Below are positions 53,301 through 61,064 of a DNA stretch of 64,000 nucleotides, one piece after another (position 1 is the stretch's first letter; the number at the start of each line of letters is the position of its first letter). The stretch is from Rhynchobatus australiae (taxonomy: Eukaryota): positions 85,955,153 to 86,019,152 of the forward strand of contig JAUZTB010000087.1 in NCBI GenBank assembly GCA_034780895.1, written 5' to 3'. Below the pieces are notes generated by a model. The model searched no databases. It was not told the DNA's origin and saw only the letters and a program-made list of their open reading frames with translations. The position numbers and the translations under genes are program-made.

Positions 53301-56300
53301 AGAAACAGGAGGAGATGGCAGTTAGATGCGTGGCTGAGAAGTTGGTGCAGGAGGGAGGGTCTTAGATTTCTGGATCATTGGGATCTCTTCTCGGGAAGGT
53401 AGGACCTGTACAGAGAGGACGGGTTACACCNNNNNNNNNNNNNNNNNNNNNNNNNNNNNNNNNNNNNNNNNNNNNNNNNNNNNNNNNNNNNNNNNNNNNN
53501 NNNNNNNNNNNNNNNNNNNNNNNNNNNNNNCGGGAGGAAAGGGTTAGATAGTGTGAGGTGTGGTTTGATGGGCGGCACAACATGGTGGGCCGAAAGGCCT
53601 GTATTGTTCTATAGTTCTACATCTTTGAGTTTGAACTGTTTATATTCTCGTTTGAAGTGTTGGGATGGAAGATTTTGACTGATGCAAAGAAGTAATCACA
53701 TGTAGCTTCCATGAAAGAACCAAAATCTTTTGAATAGGGTTTGTAATATTCTTGGATTAAATAACATTTTTATACAGAAGACTGTGGAAAGAGGATATTA
53801 GGTCAAGTATTCCCCTTAATTACAATAACAGTATATGTTTCCTATGGACAATTTATTGAATGGAAGTACATGCCTATGTCAGAATGAAGGAAATTTAAGA
53901 TAAATAAGTTATTAAAAGTATAAATATTCAGAAATGAAAACTAGATTCTATCCGGAAGTAGTAGGACAGTGAAGTTAGATGGTAGGAGCTTGGAATATTT
54001 CAGGGCTGCAATAGTTGTATGACATAATACTCCATGACCTCTAATTTTTTTAAATTAAGTCAAATAATTAATAATGTTAATATGCAAATTGTGATGTTCC
54101 ACAAGCAGCAAAGTTAGGTTTACAGGTCTCTTTCTTGCCAGGACACTGGGGAAAATCCAACCTCTCCTTCAAAGTGCAGTTCAATTTTGTATTAATAAGC
54201 AATAAGCAAATGGAATCTCACTTCAGGAACCCAACTGAAAGTTGGTAAACTCAACTGCAGTACACTGTCAATGTATTGAAGTTTGACCCTCCATGATGTG
54301 ATCCTCTTGTCAAGGAACTGGAAGCCACAGCCTTGTTAATTACAAGCATCAAACCAAATTGATACCACATAATGAGAAGAGTGCACAATTGCTTTGAAGA
54401 ATCTAGAAAAGATTAGAAGATAAAAGTTCAGAGAAGTATGAGAATGCTGTAGAGAAACTGGAAAAAGCACTTTTTAGCTACCAGTGAAGCCATGGAAAAT
54501 CAGTTANNNNNNNNNNAAATTTTTTGATACATGGGATGTGTCACAGTGTAATGAAATATATTGTATAACATGTCCTAATTGTTAATGTACGTCTTGTGGG
54601 TGTCACTGGAAATCTGTTTATTATTCATCCCCTCGTTGTCTTTTAAGTAGTGGTGTGCCAACTGGGAACATCAGCAATCCTTTTTGTGTGGTAAGTTGAG
54701 TAGGGAATACCAGCAGTGATAAAGATTTACTGGAGGCTTTGCTATTCAAAGTAAAAGTTAATTTGATCAGTTTTGGTATTCGTTACTCGATTTGACAGGA
54801 TTTTGCAAAGCAATAGGAAGGTATTCAGATCTCCTGGCTTGTGCTAATTGTTTGAAAGATATTCTTCTATTAACCTGACTTCCTGCTTGTTTTCATGACC
54901 CTGCCGATATCTCAGCACTGGTTCTTGTTGACTAAATATTATTGCCCAATATCATTTTTGCCACCTGAATATGTCTTTTACCCAACTATCAAAGGAAGTC
55001 AGTTCTCTCAAAATGTATTAATATTCTTCAGTTTTAGTATGTCTGTTTAGTTGTCAATTGCCTCTGCCCAAAGAGACTTTAATACCTTAGTGTAGTTTTT
55101 CCTATATAATTGAATTAAATTCATGTCATGATGTTGTTCCCTCCTAAATCAATCTTACCCACTGAATAAGGAATTGCTTATTTTTCATTTATGAAGACTG
55201 TGAATGGTAGTCAACAAGTTTTCATCACTGTTTTGAAATACAAGATTTTTTATGAATCTTGGGGTACTTCTGCTGCAGTATAATTTAAATATTTTTAAAG
55301 AAATGGAATAATGAAAATATTAAATTCTAAAAGATGCTGCTTCTCTCTTCCCATTAATTGACTTTTTTTTTAAAAACCATAGTAATCCAAAGGTTTTTTT
55401 GTTCCAGATAACACCACAGTAGAAAAACTTAGGGCTATTTGCTTGGATCATTCAAAGCTTGGTGAAAGCAGTCTTAGTCCAAACTTGGACTCGCTCTTCT
55501 TTGGACAGTCTGCCTCACAGGTGTTGTATCTGACTGAGGTATGTAGGCTATCTTTTTCCAGTTATGAAAAAGTAGTATGTTCGGCTGCAGTTTTTCTTTG
55601 ATCATAGGAATAGAGGGAAGCACTGGGATTTGAGTGTCTGTGGTTGATGTGCTTTGACGTGTTCTCTCTCAAACAAGACTGAAGTACAGGATAAAAAATT
55701 GAGATGACTAATTTTACCTCCTCTATGTCTGTTCTATGTTTGCTGTGACTTGGAAACTTGCATAACTCATTCTGATGCCCAAGAAAAGCCTAGTTCTTTA
55801 TAAAATTGACATATTAATAATACTCTGTAATGATCTTGGCTTCTGTTTTACTTCCAAATTGTGTTCCCTAAGCTTGTTAATATAATAATGTGGATATGCT
55901 AATTGATCTTTCAAAAGTTTTGTGGAAGAATAACCTGGATATCACGCAAAAATGTTGCAATTTACTTGTGGCAATAGAATAAAATACAGAAGTCCTTTGA
56001 TAGGTTTCTTAAAAGCATTTCACTTCCAAAATGGCTGAATATGTCTGGTAGTATTTGACATCATTTAAGAGTTTTTTCCCTTTTACTAGGAAATTCCAAG
56101 GTGGTTGAAACTTTAATGTTTATTCATCACATTACATTATGGCCATTTTACTGTAATTATGGTGGTTTATTATAAATATGGTCAAGTCTTAGAGCTTGGA
56201 AACGGGCCCTTCAGCCCAATTTGTCTGTGACAATTGTGTTGCCCAGTGAGCTGGTCCTATCTGCCTGCATTTGGCCCAAAGCCCTCTAAACCTTTTCAAT

Positions 56301-57899
56301 CCATGTACTTGTGTAGATGACTTTTAAGTGTTGCTCATGTGCCTCCTCAACCACTATTTCTTGAAGCTCATTCCAATACACACCTTTTTGATGTTAAGAA
56401 GCTGCGCTTGATGTCCCTCTTTAAATCTCTTGCCTCTGATCTTAAACCTATGCCCTCCTGATTTTAGCACCCCCTCCTTGGGGAAAAGGACTATCAGATG
56501 GCCATGCTGATCTTTAAGGGGATCTGTTCTCTCCCATGCCACCATGTTACTCTTTATCTACCTATAGAATCTCTTGGGTTTCTGCCTCATCTTACCCCTC
56601 ATATATCCTCTTTGCCCTCCTAACTTCTCTCTTAAGTGCACTCCTACACTTATTGTGGTCATCAAGAGATTCACTAGTTCTCAATCTTCTGTGCAGTTTA
56701 TGCCTCCCTCTTTTTCTTAACCACTTTCTTCTCTGGTATGTTGCATGCAAAAAAGTCTTTTTCTTAAATAGATAAAGAGAATATTGAACACAAGAATGAT
56801 GCTGCATTCTAACAAGATTTTTGAAGAAATACTTCATTCACTAAATGCAATATTTAATTAAAATGTTAAATTAGTCAAAGTTGCAAAGTCATTGTCAGAA
56901 CTCTGCTTTGATATCTTGTAACAATTTATGTTAAAAGATTTGTATAAAATTGCTTCCTACTTTAAATTATCACATTTCTGTGCAGGTAGTATATGCTTTG
57001 TTGATGCCTGCCAGTGCGCCTTTGGGTGAAGATGCAAGTGATTTCCAATATAACTTCTTAAAAAGTGGTGGTGTGTCCCTTGTTCTGGGCATGCTTACGA
57101 GGAATAATTTCCTGCTAAATGCTGATGTGGAGACTCGAAGGGCTGCCTATCTTAATGCACTAAAAATAGCCAAATTATTGCTCACGGCTGTTGGATATGG
57201 CCACGTTAGAGCTGTGGCAGAAGCATTTCAGCCAGTTGTGGAAGGATCAAGCACTGTTTCACCAGTATGTATCTTTTATGAATGTAAACTTTTGTTGAAT
57301 TCCTGTGATAATTATGTTAGTGGTAATAAACTGACAGCTTATCCTAAAGGACATGGAACACTTAGGCAGTGTGATTTTTCTGTTTGTTTTATTAGCCAAA
57401 GCAAATGCTGTATTTCACAAGATGCAGTAATTCAGTTGGAAGAGTCATCAAAATGACTTTACAATACATTGGCCTCCTCTGAATTGTGAAGCAAGATGTG
57501 GACCAAAAGTTCCTTACCCAAATCCTTTCCAATCTGATTCTGGATATGTAGTTCTCAATATTATCTCAATGTTTTTGGTGGTGCATCTGAATTCTTATTT
57601 GCATTTTGAGAATTGGTTTGTGAAGCTAATTCTTGAGGACATAATTAAATTTAGTAGCTTAATAATGAAAGCATAAATTGAGGGGTTTTTTTTTGTTCGT
57701 TTGAATTTCAAATGTTGTTCTTCAAGTATATCCTGTGTTGTGCAAACTTTGGGTTTTTTTTGTTTATAAACAGATAAATCATGCTACTCATAGCCAAGCT
57801 GTCGTTCTTCAAAATGCTCTGCACAACATTCCTAATCCTACTTCAGAATGTATGCTGAGAAATGTAGCCATTCGCCTTGCCCAGCAGATTTCAGACGAG
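1922..57899 (+). CDS. USP9X: USP9X/usp9 ubiquitin carboxyl-terminal hydrolase FAF-X, internal 22 coding exons (about aa 33-1228; N-terminal helical region and UBL domain; gene extends beyond both window ends)
   Basis: 22 AG/GT-bounded exons splice with consistent phases into a stop-free 3588-nt frame (TSSP...[34 protein letters not shown]...RLAQQISDE) that is nearly identical to human USP9X as recalled. Exon numbers below follow human numbering from memory. Confidence 0.98.
2142..2221 (+). CDS. USP9X: USP9X exon 4 equivalent, 80 nt
   Basis: ttttgcag|GCCT...AAAA|gtaagt; [26 protein letters not shown]; follows a 74-nt intron. Confidence 0.96.
2430..2551. mobile_element. Penelope pLTR-derived inverted-repeat remnant
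   Basis: aaacagaaaatg...cagcatctg followed by agatgctacctgacctgagta; these are inverted arms of the family also seen at 7742 and 10488. Confidence 0.55.
3831..4240. mobile_element. Tigger/pogo-type MITE (contains an N gap)
   Basis: Left end tagtaaaactctgataatc; right end reverse complement cagtaaaacaccatcaatcc, followed by TA at 4241-4242. Confidence 0.6.
4349..4461 (+). CDS. USP9X: USP9X exon 5 equivalent, 113 nt
   Basis: atttcaag|GC...CAT|gtaagt; [37 protein letters not shown]. Confidence 0.96.
5020..5530 (-). mobile_element. Old non-LTR retrotransposon 3' fragment (CR1/L2 group)
   Basis: atccctaattgcccttga...ttccaagtcaggatgg is typical of an abundant elasmobranch LINE tail; related remnants near 46050 and 54600. 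Confidence 0.5.
5655..6800 (-). mobile_element. Two adjacent CR1 LINE 3' fragments
   Basis: ORF 5821-6219(-) reads [16 protein letters not shown]...[37 protein letters not shown], the CR1 ORF2 C-terminus; a second, more decayed copy starts near 6200. Confidence 0.85.
7742..7784 (+). ncRNA. Candidate minimal type I hammerhead ribozyme motif (Penelope-derived)
   Basis: Stem I GAGGGTC(7742-48)/GATCTTC(7778-84); CTGATGA(7749-55); stem II GGG-tctcag-CCC; GAAA(7769-72); degenerate stem III and UH (TGTTA). Confidence 0.45.
7742..7870 (+). mobile_element. Penelope-like pLTR fragment
   Basis: ctgatgaagggtctcagcccgaaa...gctgcctgacctgctgagt...cagatttccagcatctgcagt; the same motif terminates the Penelope GIY-YIG copy near 21600. 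Confidence 0.75.
8235..8572 (+). mobile_element. Rex1/Babar-type LINE 3' end
   Basis: ORF 8193-8426 [39 protein letters not shown]; ends in aataaa followed by a (tctgat)n tail. Confidence 0.8.
9833..10051 (+). CDS. USP9X: USP9X exon 6 equivalent, 219 nt
   Basis: cccttaag|AGA...AAG|gttagg; [44 protein letters not shown]...DPRSPK (overlaps ORF 9875-10066). Confidence 0.96.
10488..10666. mobile_element. Head-to-head inverted Penelope pLTR pair (palindrome)
   Basis: Left arm gctggaaacactcaacag...ctgtggaaagagaaacagttaa...gggtcacagaccctt is the reverse complement of the right arm ctgatgaag...gaaa...ctccacagatg...cagatttccagcatc. Confidence 0.75.
11775..11890 (+). CDS. USP9X: USP9X exon 7 equivalent, 116 nt
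   Basis: ctctatag|GGT...CAA|gtaagc; [39 protein letters not shown]. Confidence 0.96.
14530..16002 (+). mobile_element. Decayed Tigger/pogo (TcMar) DDE transposase fossil
   Basis: Colinear motif remnants with stops and frameshifts: [32 protein letters not shown] (cf. FNVDETGLFWKRMP), [38 protein letters not shown] at 15360-15440 (cf. [25 protein letters not shown]), WPECVHN. Confidence 0.8.
17614..17865 (+). CDS. USP9X: USP9X exon 8 equivalent, 252 nt
   Basis: ctttgcag|ACC...AAG|gtaatt; [20 protein letters not shown]...[10 protein letters not shown] (ORF 17579-17869). Confidence 0.97.
17946..18084 (+). CDS. USP9X: USP9X exon 9 equivalent, 139 nt
   Basis: tttacag|ATT...GCA|gtaagt; [46 protein letters not shown]; follows an 80-nt intron. 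Confidence 0.96.
18540..19900 (+). mobile_element. CR1 LINE ORF2 3' half plus tail, interrupted by a MITE
   Basis: gtggttgatgtagtctacatgg (VDVVYM-like), [37 protein letters not shown]; ends gtatgactctgactctat. Confidence 0.85.
19202..19386. mobile_element. Tigger-type MITE nested in the CR1
   Basis: TA|caggtcctccccagttac...ataagttggagtggacttg|TA (imperfect TIRs, TA duplication); splits the CR1 EYC.QFW motif. Confidence 0.75.
20010..21690 (+). mobile_element. Penelope-like element 3' part (GIY-YIG endonuclease plus pLTR)
   Basis: Decayed frames: [46 protein letters not shown]; pyrimidine-rich 3' region; ends with a hammerhead-like cagtcctgatgcagggttttgacccaaaacg. Confidence 0.8.
20365..20656 (-). 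mobile_element. tRNA-derived V-SINE (HE1/DANA-like) nested in the Penelope element
   Basis: Reverse strand shows a B-box-like cccgggttcaattc and the V-domain gtgggtttcctgtgggtgctctggtttcctcccacattccaaagatg. Confidence 0.8.
21947..22099 (+). CDS. USP9X: USP9X exon 10 equivalent, 153 nt
   Basis: tttctag|GAG...CAG|gtgagg; [51 protein letters not shown]. Confidence 0.96.
22700..23930 (-). mobile_element. Penelope-like element RT and GIY-YIG fragment
   Basis: ORFs 23678-23995(-) [15 protein letters not shown] and 23428-23706(-) IHYKPTDSH are Penelope RT motifs; GIY-YIG remnant near 22860-23020. Confidence 0.8.
24100..24330 (+). mobile_element. Penelope pLTR fragment, inverted relative to the adjacent element
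   Basis: cagttctgttgaagggtc...aaaatgttaactc...ccacaggtgcttcctga...cagattttgagcatctgcag. Confidence 0.7.
26354..26558 (+). CDS. USP9X: USP9X exon 11 equivalent, 105 real nt, split by a spurious 100-N gap (26436-26535)
   Basis: gtgtag|GCA...CTTG[N100]ACCAC...AAG|gtagaa; removing the Ns gives [35 protein letters not shown]. Confidence 0.95.
26641..26847 (+). CDS. USP9X: USP9X exon 12 equivalent, 207 nt
   Basis: ctttcag|GCA...CAG|gtaagg; [35 protein letters not shown]...DYSCSQ; follows an 82-nt intron. Confidence 0.96.
27941..28077 (+). CDS. USP9X: USP9X exon 13 equivalent, 137 nt
   Basis: taaatag|GAT...AAG|gtaaga; [45 protein letters not shown]. Confidence 0.96.
29860..29990 (+). mobile_element. 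Deu-domain SINE core fragment
   Basis: ctggccaacaattatc...aaaacagatgatttgatcatt...tgggatcttgctatggacaaattgg matches the recalled Deu domain. Confidence 0.55.
30235..30860 (+). mobile_element. CR1 LINE RT fragment
   Basis: gggatcagttcttggccctcaattg (GSVLGP); ORF 30468-30689 [19 protein letters not shown]; ctggaatactatgcacagttttggtcccc. Confidence 0.8.
31285..31418 (+). CDS. USP9X: USP9X exon 14 equivalent, 134 nt
   Basis: ctttttag|TCA...AAG|gtaaaa; [44 protein letters not shown]. Confidence 0.96.
32095..32381 (-). mobile_element. HE1-type SINE
   Basis: Antisense copy of the SINE at 61065 (gtgcaaacttcacacag, caattaacc, CR1-derived tail at the low-coordinate end). Confidence 0.7.
35414..35501 (+). 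CDS. USP9X: USP9X exon 15 equivalent, 88 nt
   Basis: tcttgcag|AG...GAG|gtgagt; [28 protein letters not shown]. Confidence 0.95.
36471..36813 (+). CDS. USP9X: USP9X exon 16 equivalent, 343 nt
   Basis: ttgcttag|ATT...CGG|gtaagg; [22 protein letters not shown]...LIGLEYLWR (ORF 36460-36846). Confidence 0.97.
38520..40260 (+). mobile_element. Cluster of decayed CR1 fragments with a short antisense CR1 tail inserted at about 38630-38750
   Basis: gttgtagatatggtttacatggattttag (VDMVYMDF); tttgtagaatgaggggttaccttattga (RMRGDLIE-like); repeated 3' tails. Confidence 0.7.
40730..40825 (+). CDS. USP9X: USP9X exon 17 equivalent, 96 nt
   Basis: ctcaatag|GTT...CAA|gtaggt; [32 protein letters not shown]. 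Confidence 0.95.
41303..41622 (+). CDS. USP9X: USP9X exon 18 equivalent, 212 real nt, split by a spurious 100-N gap (41377-41476) with an 8-nt overlap
   Basis: caactag|GTT...TGTGTCCT[N100]TGTGTCCT...AAG|gtatgt; collapsing the duplicated 8-mer gives [34 protein letters not shown]...ERTILPMS. Confidence 0.95.
42232..42739 (-). mobile_element. Young CR1 LINE (RT core plus 3' tail) around a 100-N gap
   Basis: Stop-free ORF 42336-42722(-) [45 protein letters not shown]; retains CpGs; tail repeat taagatcacaagata. Confidence 0.9.
42842..43082 (+). CDS. USP9X: USP9X exon 19 equivalent, 241 nt (ubiquitin-like domain)
   Basis: aaaacag|AGC...ACA|gtaagt; [38 protein letters not shown]...QLNLKDKT. Confidence 0.96.
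46861..47010 (+). CDS. USP9X: USP9X exon 20 equivalent, 150 nt
   Basis: tttttaag|CTT...GTG|gtaagc; [50 protein letters not shown]. Confidence 0.96.
47305..47368. repeat. Compound (AC)13/(AT)n microsatellite
   Basis: AC run at 47313-47338 followed by AT runs, next to an N gap. Confidence 0.95.
47445..47650 (+). mobile_element. Penelope pLTR fragment with deleted hammerhead core
   Basis: ttctgttgaaggg^ttaactc...acagatcctgcttgacctgctgagtgtttcca. Confidence 0.65.
47790..48160 (-). mobile_element. Deu-domain SINE (SacSINE1/AmnSINE1-like), near full length
   Basis: ccaaagtgcttcac...gccaatttgtgtaca...tgtctcatcccaaaga...tctctggagtgggatttgaa is colinear with the recalled DeuSINE consensus in antisense. 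Confidence 0.7.
48853..48960 (+). mobile_element. Penelope pLTR fragment with deleted hammerhead core
   Basis: gagttctgatgaaggg^ttaaatctg...cctgctgagtatttcca...cagatttccagcacctg. Confidence 0.7.
49845..49965 (+). CDS. USP9X: USP9X exon 21 equivalent, 121 nt
   Basis: tctgtag|ATA...CTG|gtaaga; [40 protein letters not shown]. Confidence 0.96.
51058..51260. mobile_element. Penelope pLTR inverted pair around an N gap
   Basis: aacagaaaatgctgga[N]...cagttctgaggaacattaactg...ccacagatgctgc...cagatcccagcatctgcag. Confidence 0.65.
51489..51773. mobile_element. Tigger-type MITE with about 22-bp TIRs and TA target duplication
   Basis: TA|caggaagtccccaacttagaac ... gttcgtaacctggagacttcctg|TA. Confidence 0.85.
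51601..51693. repeat. 33-bp GC-rich tandem repeat (about 2.8 copies) inside the MITE
   Basis: aaccc(tg/ca)ggccaagtg...gggg units start at 51601, 51634 and 51667. Confidence 0.85.
53271..53622 (+). mobile_element. CR1 LINE: ORF1 esterase end, 100-N gap, then 3' tail
   Basis: [52 protein letters not shown] left of the gap; ggtgggccgaaaggcctgtattgttctatagttcta tail right of the gap. Confidence 0.8.
55408..55538 (+). CDS. USP9X: USP9X exon 22 equivalent, 131 nt
   Basis: gttccag|ATA...GAG|gtatgt; [43 protein letters not shown]. Confidence 0.96.
56190..56720 (-). mobile_element. CR1 LINE 3' end joined to an internal ORF2 piece
   Basis: ORFs 56354-56545(-) [12 protein letters not shown] and 56592-56837(-) [18 protein letters not shown]. 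Confidence 0.75.
56986..57264 (+). CDS. USP9X: USP9X exon 23 equivalent, 279 nt
   Basis: tgtgcag|GTA...CCA|gtatgt; [29 protein letters not shown]...VEGSSTVSP (ORF 56950-57456). Confidence 0.96.
57774..57899 (+). CDS. USP9X: USP9X exon 24 equivalent, 126 nt
   Basis: taaacag|ATA...GAG|gtatgt; [42 protein letters not shown]. Confidence 0.96.
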
Positions 57900-58559
57900 G
57901 TATGTGTTCTTTTATCTTGTGATTTTGGATAATATGTGAAACAATGATTTTTTTTAAACCTTTCTTGGGAAACTATTGTAAATGCTATTTAATATTTATA
58001 AAGAAGTAATCTAATCTAAGATGTATAACAAATTATGGAAAAAAATTGTAACTGTTGGACAGATCTGTATTCTTGCTGAACCTTAAAAGCAAGTTGATTT
58101 GTGGAAGTATAAACCAATGTAAAAATATACACCTAATCTTCCTGAGAACGAGAAGTAGCCTTTCTCTGGTTTTGGGCAAATTGTGGCCACGTATCCATTT
58201 GAAAATAATTGAAAAGATACAAAATGAGGTCAGTTTTTTAAATTGACATTTGCAATTCCATCAGCAGTTTGGTTAATGCATGGCTACCTTCACTCAACTA
58301 CCAAAAAATACTTTAGTGAAATGTCGATATTAGTGAGAAAAAGCTTGATTTCGCTTCAACCAGTTCTATTTGGGTTCTCAGTCAAAAGATTGTACCTAGT
58401 TGTCAAAAAACTTTTATAAACCTGATTGCAAGAATTCATTAGTGACTTTGTTTCTTAATCAGGCTTGTATCGCTAAGTAGATTTGGGAAGGAAGAAGTGA
58501 TTTAGATTCTAAGCTTAGTCCAGAGCATCAGCTTTTCGAAAAACAAAAGGGCAAAAGAG

Positions 58560-59552
58560 AGCATCACGTTGGTGCAGCCAATAGAAATGCTGCCTCTCAG
58601 AGCCAGAGACACAGGTTCAGTCCTGACTTTTAGATGCCGTTTGTGTGGGATTTGCATGCTCTGTGTGACCACATGGATTTCCATCAGTAAATTAGTTTAT
58701 TATTGTCACATGTACCAAGGTATAGTGGAAAAACTTGTCTTCCTTACTGTTCGTACAGTTCAATTCATTACAGCAGTGCATTAAGGTAATACAAGGTAAA
58801 ACAATAACAGAATGCAGAATAAAGTGTTACAGTTAGAGAAAGTACAGTATAGGTAGACAATAAGGTGCAAGATCAATAATGAGGTAGATTGTGAGGTCAG
58901 GAGTTCATTTTATCATACTAGGGAACTGTTCAGTAGTCTTAAAACAGTGGAATAGAAGCTGTCCTTGAGCCTGCTGGTACGTGCTTTCAGGGTTTTGTCT
59001 CTTCTGCCTGATGGCAGGAGGGAGAAGAGATAATGTCCAGCGAGGGTAGAGTCTTTGATTATGCTGGCTGCTTTACTGAGGCAGTGAGAAGTGTAGACAG
59101 AGTCCACGTAGGGGAGGCTGAATTGCGTGATGTGCTGAGCTGTGTCCACAACTCTCTGCAGTTGCCAGACCAAGCTGTGATGTATTCTGATAGGACACTT
59201 TCTGTGGTGCATCAATAAAAATTGGTGAGGGTTAAAGGGGACATGCAAATTTCTTTAGCTCCTGAGGAAGTAGAAGCACTGGTGAGCTTTCTTGGCCATG
59301 GAGTCTGTGTGATTGACACCACAGCAAAGAAAGCTGTATAGTGCTTTAGTTTTCTCCAACACTTCAAAGTTGTGCGGGTTGATAGGTTAATTGCCCACAG
59401 TAAATTGCTCCTAGTTTATAGGTGAGTGGTAGAATCTGGGTGAATTTGATGAGGATATAAATGTGATTTAATGTAGGAGTAGTGTAAATGGCTGGTTGAT
59501 GGTCAGCATAGGCTGAAGGTCCTTTTTCCATACTGTATCTCTTTGCTTCTAT
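58560..59552 (+). mobile_element. HE1-type SINE split by a LINE insertion (head 58560-58682, body about 59340-59552)
   Basis: tRNA-like head gccagagacacaggttcagtcctgac; the V-domain is interrupted at ggatttcc and resumes at gtgctttagttttctccaacac. Confidence 0.75.
58683..59315 (-). mobile_element. Rex1/Babar-type LINE 3' end
   Basis: ORF 58913-59248(-) LQRVVDTAQHIT..CLSKAASIIKDSTLAGHYLFSLLPSGRR..TSRLKDSFY. Confidence 0.85.
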
Positions 59553-59924
59553 GATTATCATGGTGGTTTCTTTTCAATACAAACTTCAAGGGTGCTGCAT
59601 TTTATTCAAAGAACAGTTAATTGAAGGCATATGTAACATAATTTGCATTCCAGTGGTTTTAGTAAGCACTTCTATGAACTGATCTGCAATCCAGGAAAAA
59701 AATGAAATCTTCTTTGGGTGGTTGATTGTGGGAGACAAATGGAGAAAATAGCTTGTTTTTTTTGGAATGGTTGGGCTCGACTTGGCTCGAGGTTTAGAAA
59801 GCCAAGAGAAGCGGTAGCTATCCCAAGAAGGAACAGTTTTCAAATTAGGGAAGTTTATGATTTCCCATCTGTTTTACTGTTCCAAATCAAGCACAGCTGT
59901 TTAAATGATGTCAGGTTTTGAATG

Positions 59925-60375
59925 TGTCGGATCCGGTTATTTTAGAATCCACAGGTTCTTTCAGGAGTCCAGGATTGAGTTGAAAACAACTTGGTGCTTC
60001 ACATAGTTTTATTGGGAAAGTTAAAAACGAAGAAACAGTCGCCGAGCACATGGCACTAGCTTCGATGAGCCGAGACAAAGGAACAAAAGGAAACTCAGGC
60101 CAGGGGAGAGGAAAAGCAAGAGAGATATTAACAAAAGACGACACCTTTTATACCTGAGATAAGANNNNNNNNNNNNNNNNNNNNNNNNNNNNNNNNNNNN
60201 NNNNNNNNNNNNNNNNNNNNNNNNNNNNNNNNNNNNNNNNNNNNNNNNNNNNNNNNNNNNNNNNACCTGACAGACGAACCAATAAGTTAGTAAGCAGCCA
60301 TTCCTTGTGCAGCTACTGGAGGTGTATTAAACACTATACATGTTTTAAAAAAAACTAAAACAGTCGAATCCAACA
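59925..60375 (-). mobile_element. Solo LTR (LTR retrotransposon or ERV)
   Basis: TG...CA ends with imperfect terminal inverted repeats tgtcggatccg/tgttggattcg; near-TSD aatg/catg; minus-strand TATAAAA (60146-52) and AATAAA (60008-13), CCAAT box (60279-83). Confidence 0.7.
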
Positions 60376-61064
60376 CATGCCTACAATACAGCTCACATTC
60401 TTCTAAATTGCAAGGCATGATCCTTATTCTCGGGTTGATTACAAGATAATAGACTTTCTCTCCCAGTATTATTTCTCAATCACCACCAATTTCCCCAGAT
60501 TGCCTCTTTATATTTATTTACAGCTGAGAAGAGATGCTATGTCAGTTTACGAATGTACAAATTAGGAGCAGGAGGAGGACATGCAGCCCCTCAAACCTGT
60601 ACTGCCATTCAGGCTGATCCTGGTTGTTGCCTCAACTCTACATTTAATTGTATCTTTTGAAATATGCACACTGCTGTATAGTCATACCAACTTCCTTGTA
60701 ATCAATTTGATGTTTTAGCAGCAAACGTGTTTCCATAACAGCATAATCTGCAGCCAGGGGAATGTTTGAATAAGTCATTACAGTGATGTGACTGGTGTGA
60801 AATTTTAAATTTACATTTACTCTTGTGTGCATTGTATGATGGCAGGCACATTAGACTGTTTTGTTCTAATTATGCAATAAAGATGTTTTAGATAGTGAAG
60901 AAGGTGGATGTCTTGACTGATTGTATGCACAACTTCATAGATTAAACCTTCACTGTACAGTTGAATCTAAACTGGCAGATATTTAAATAGTATAGCATTT
61001 TCTAGCCATGATTAGTATTTTAGCATTGACCTTAATTTGAGAGGATCTAGCTATTATACATAGG

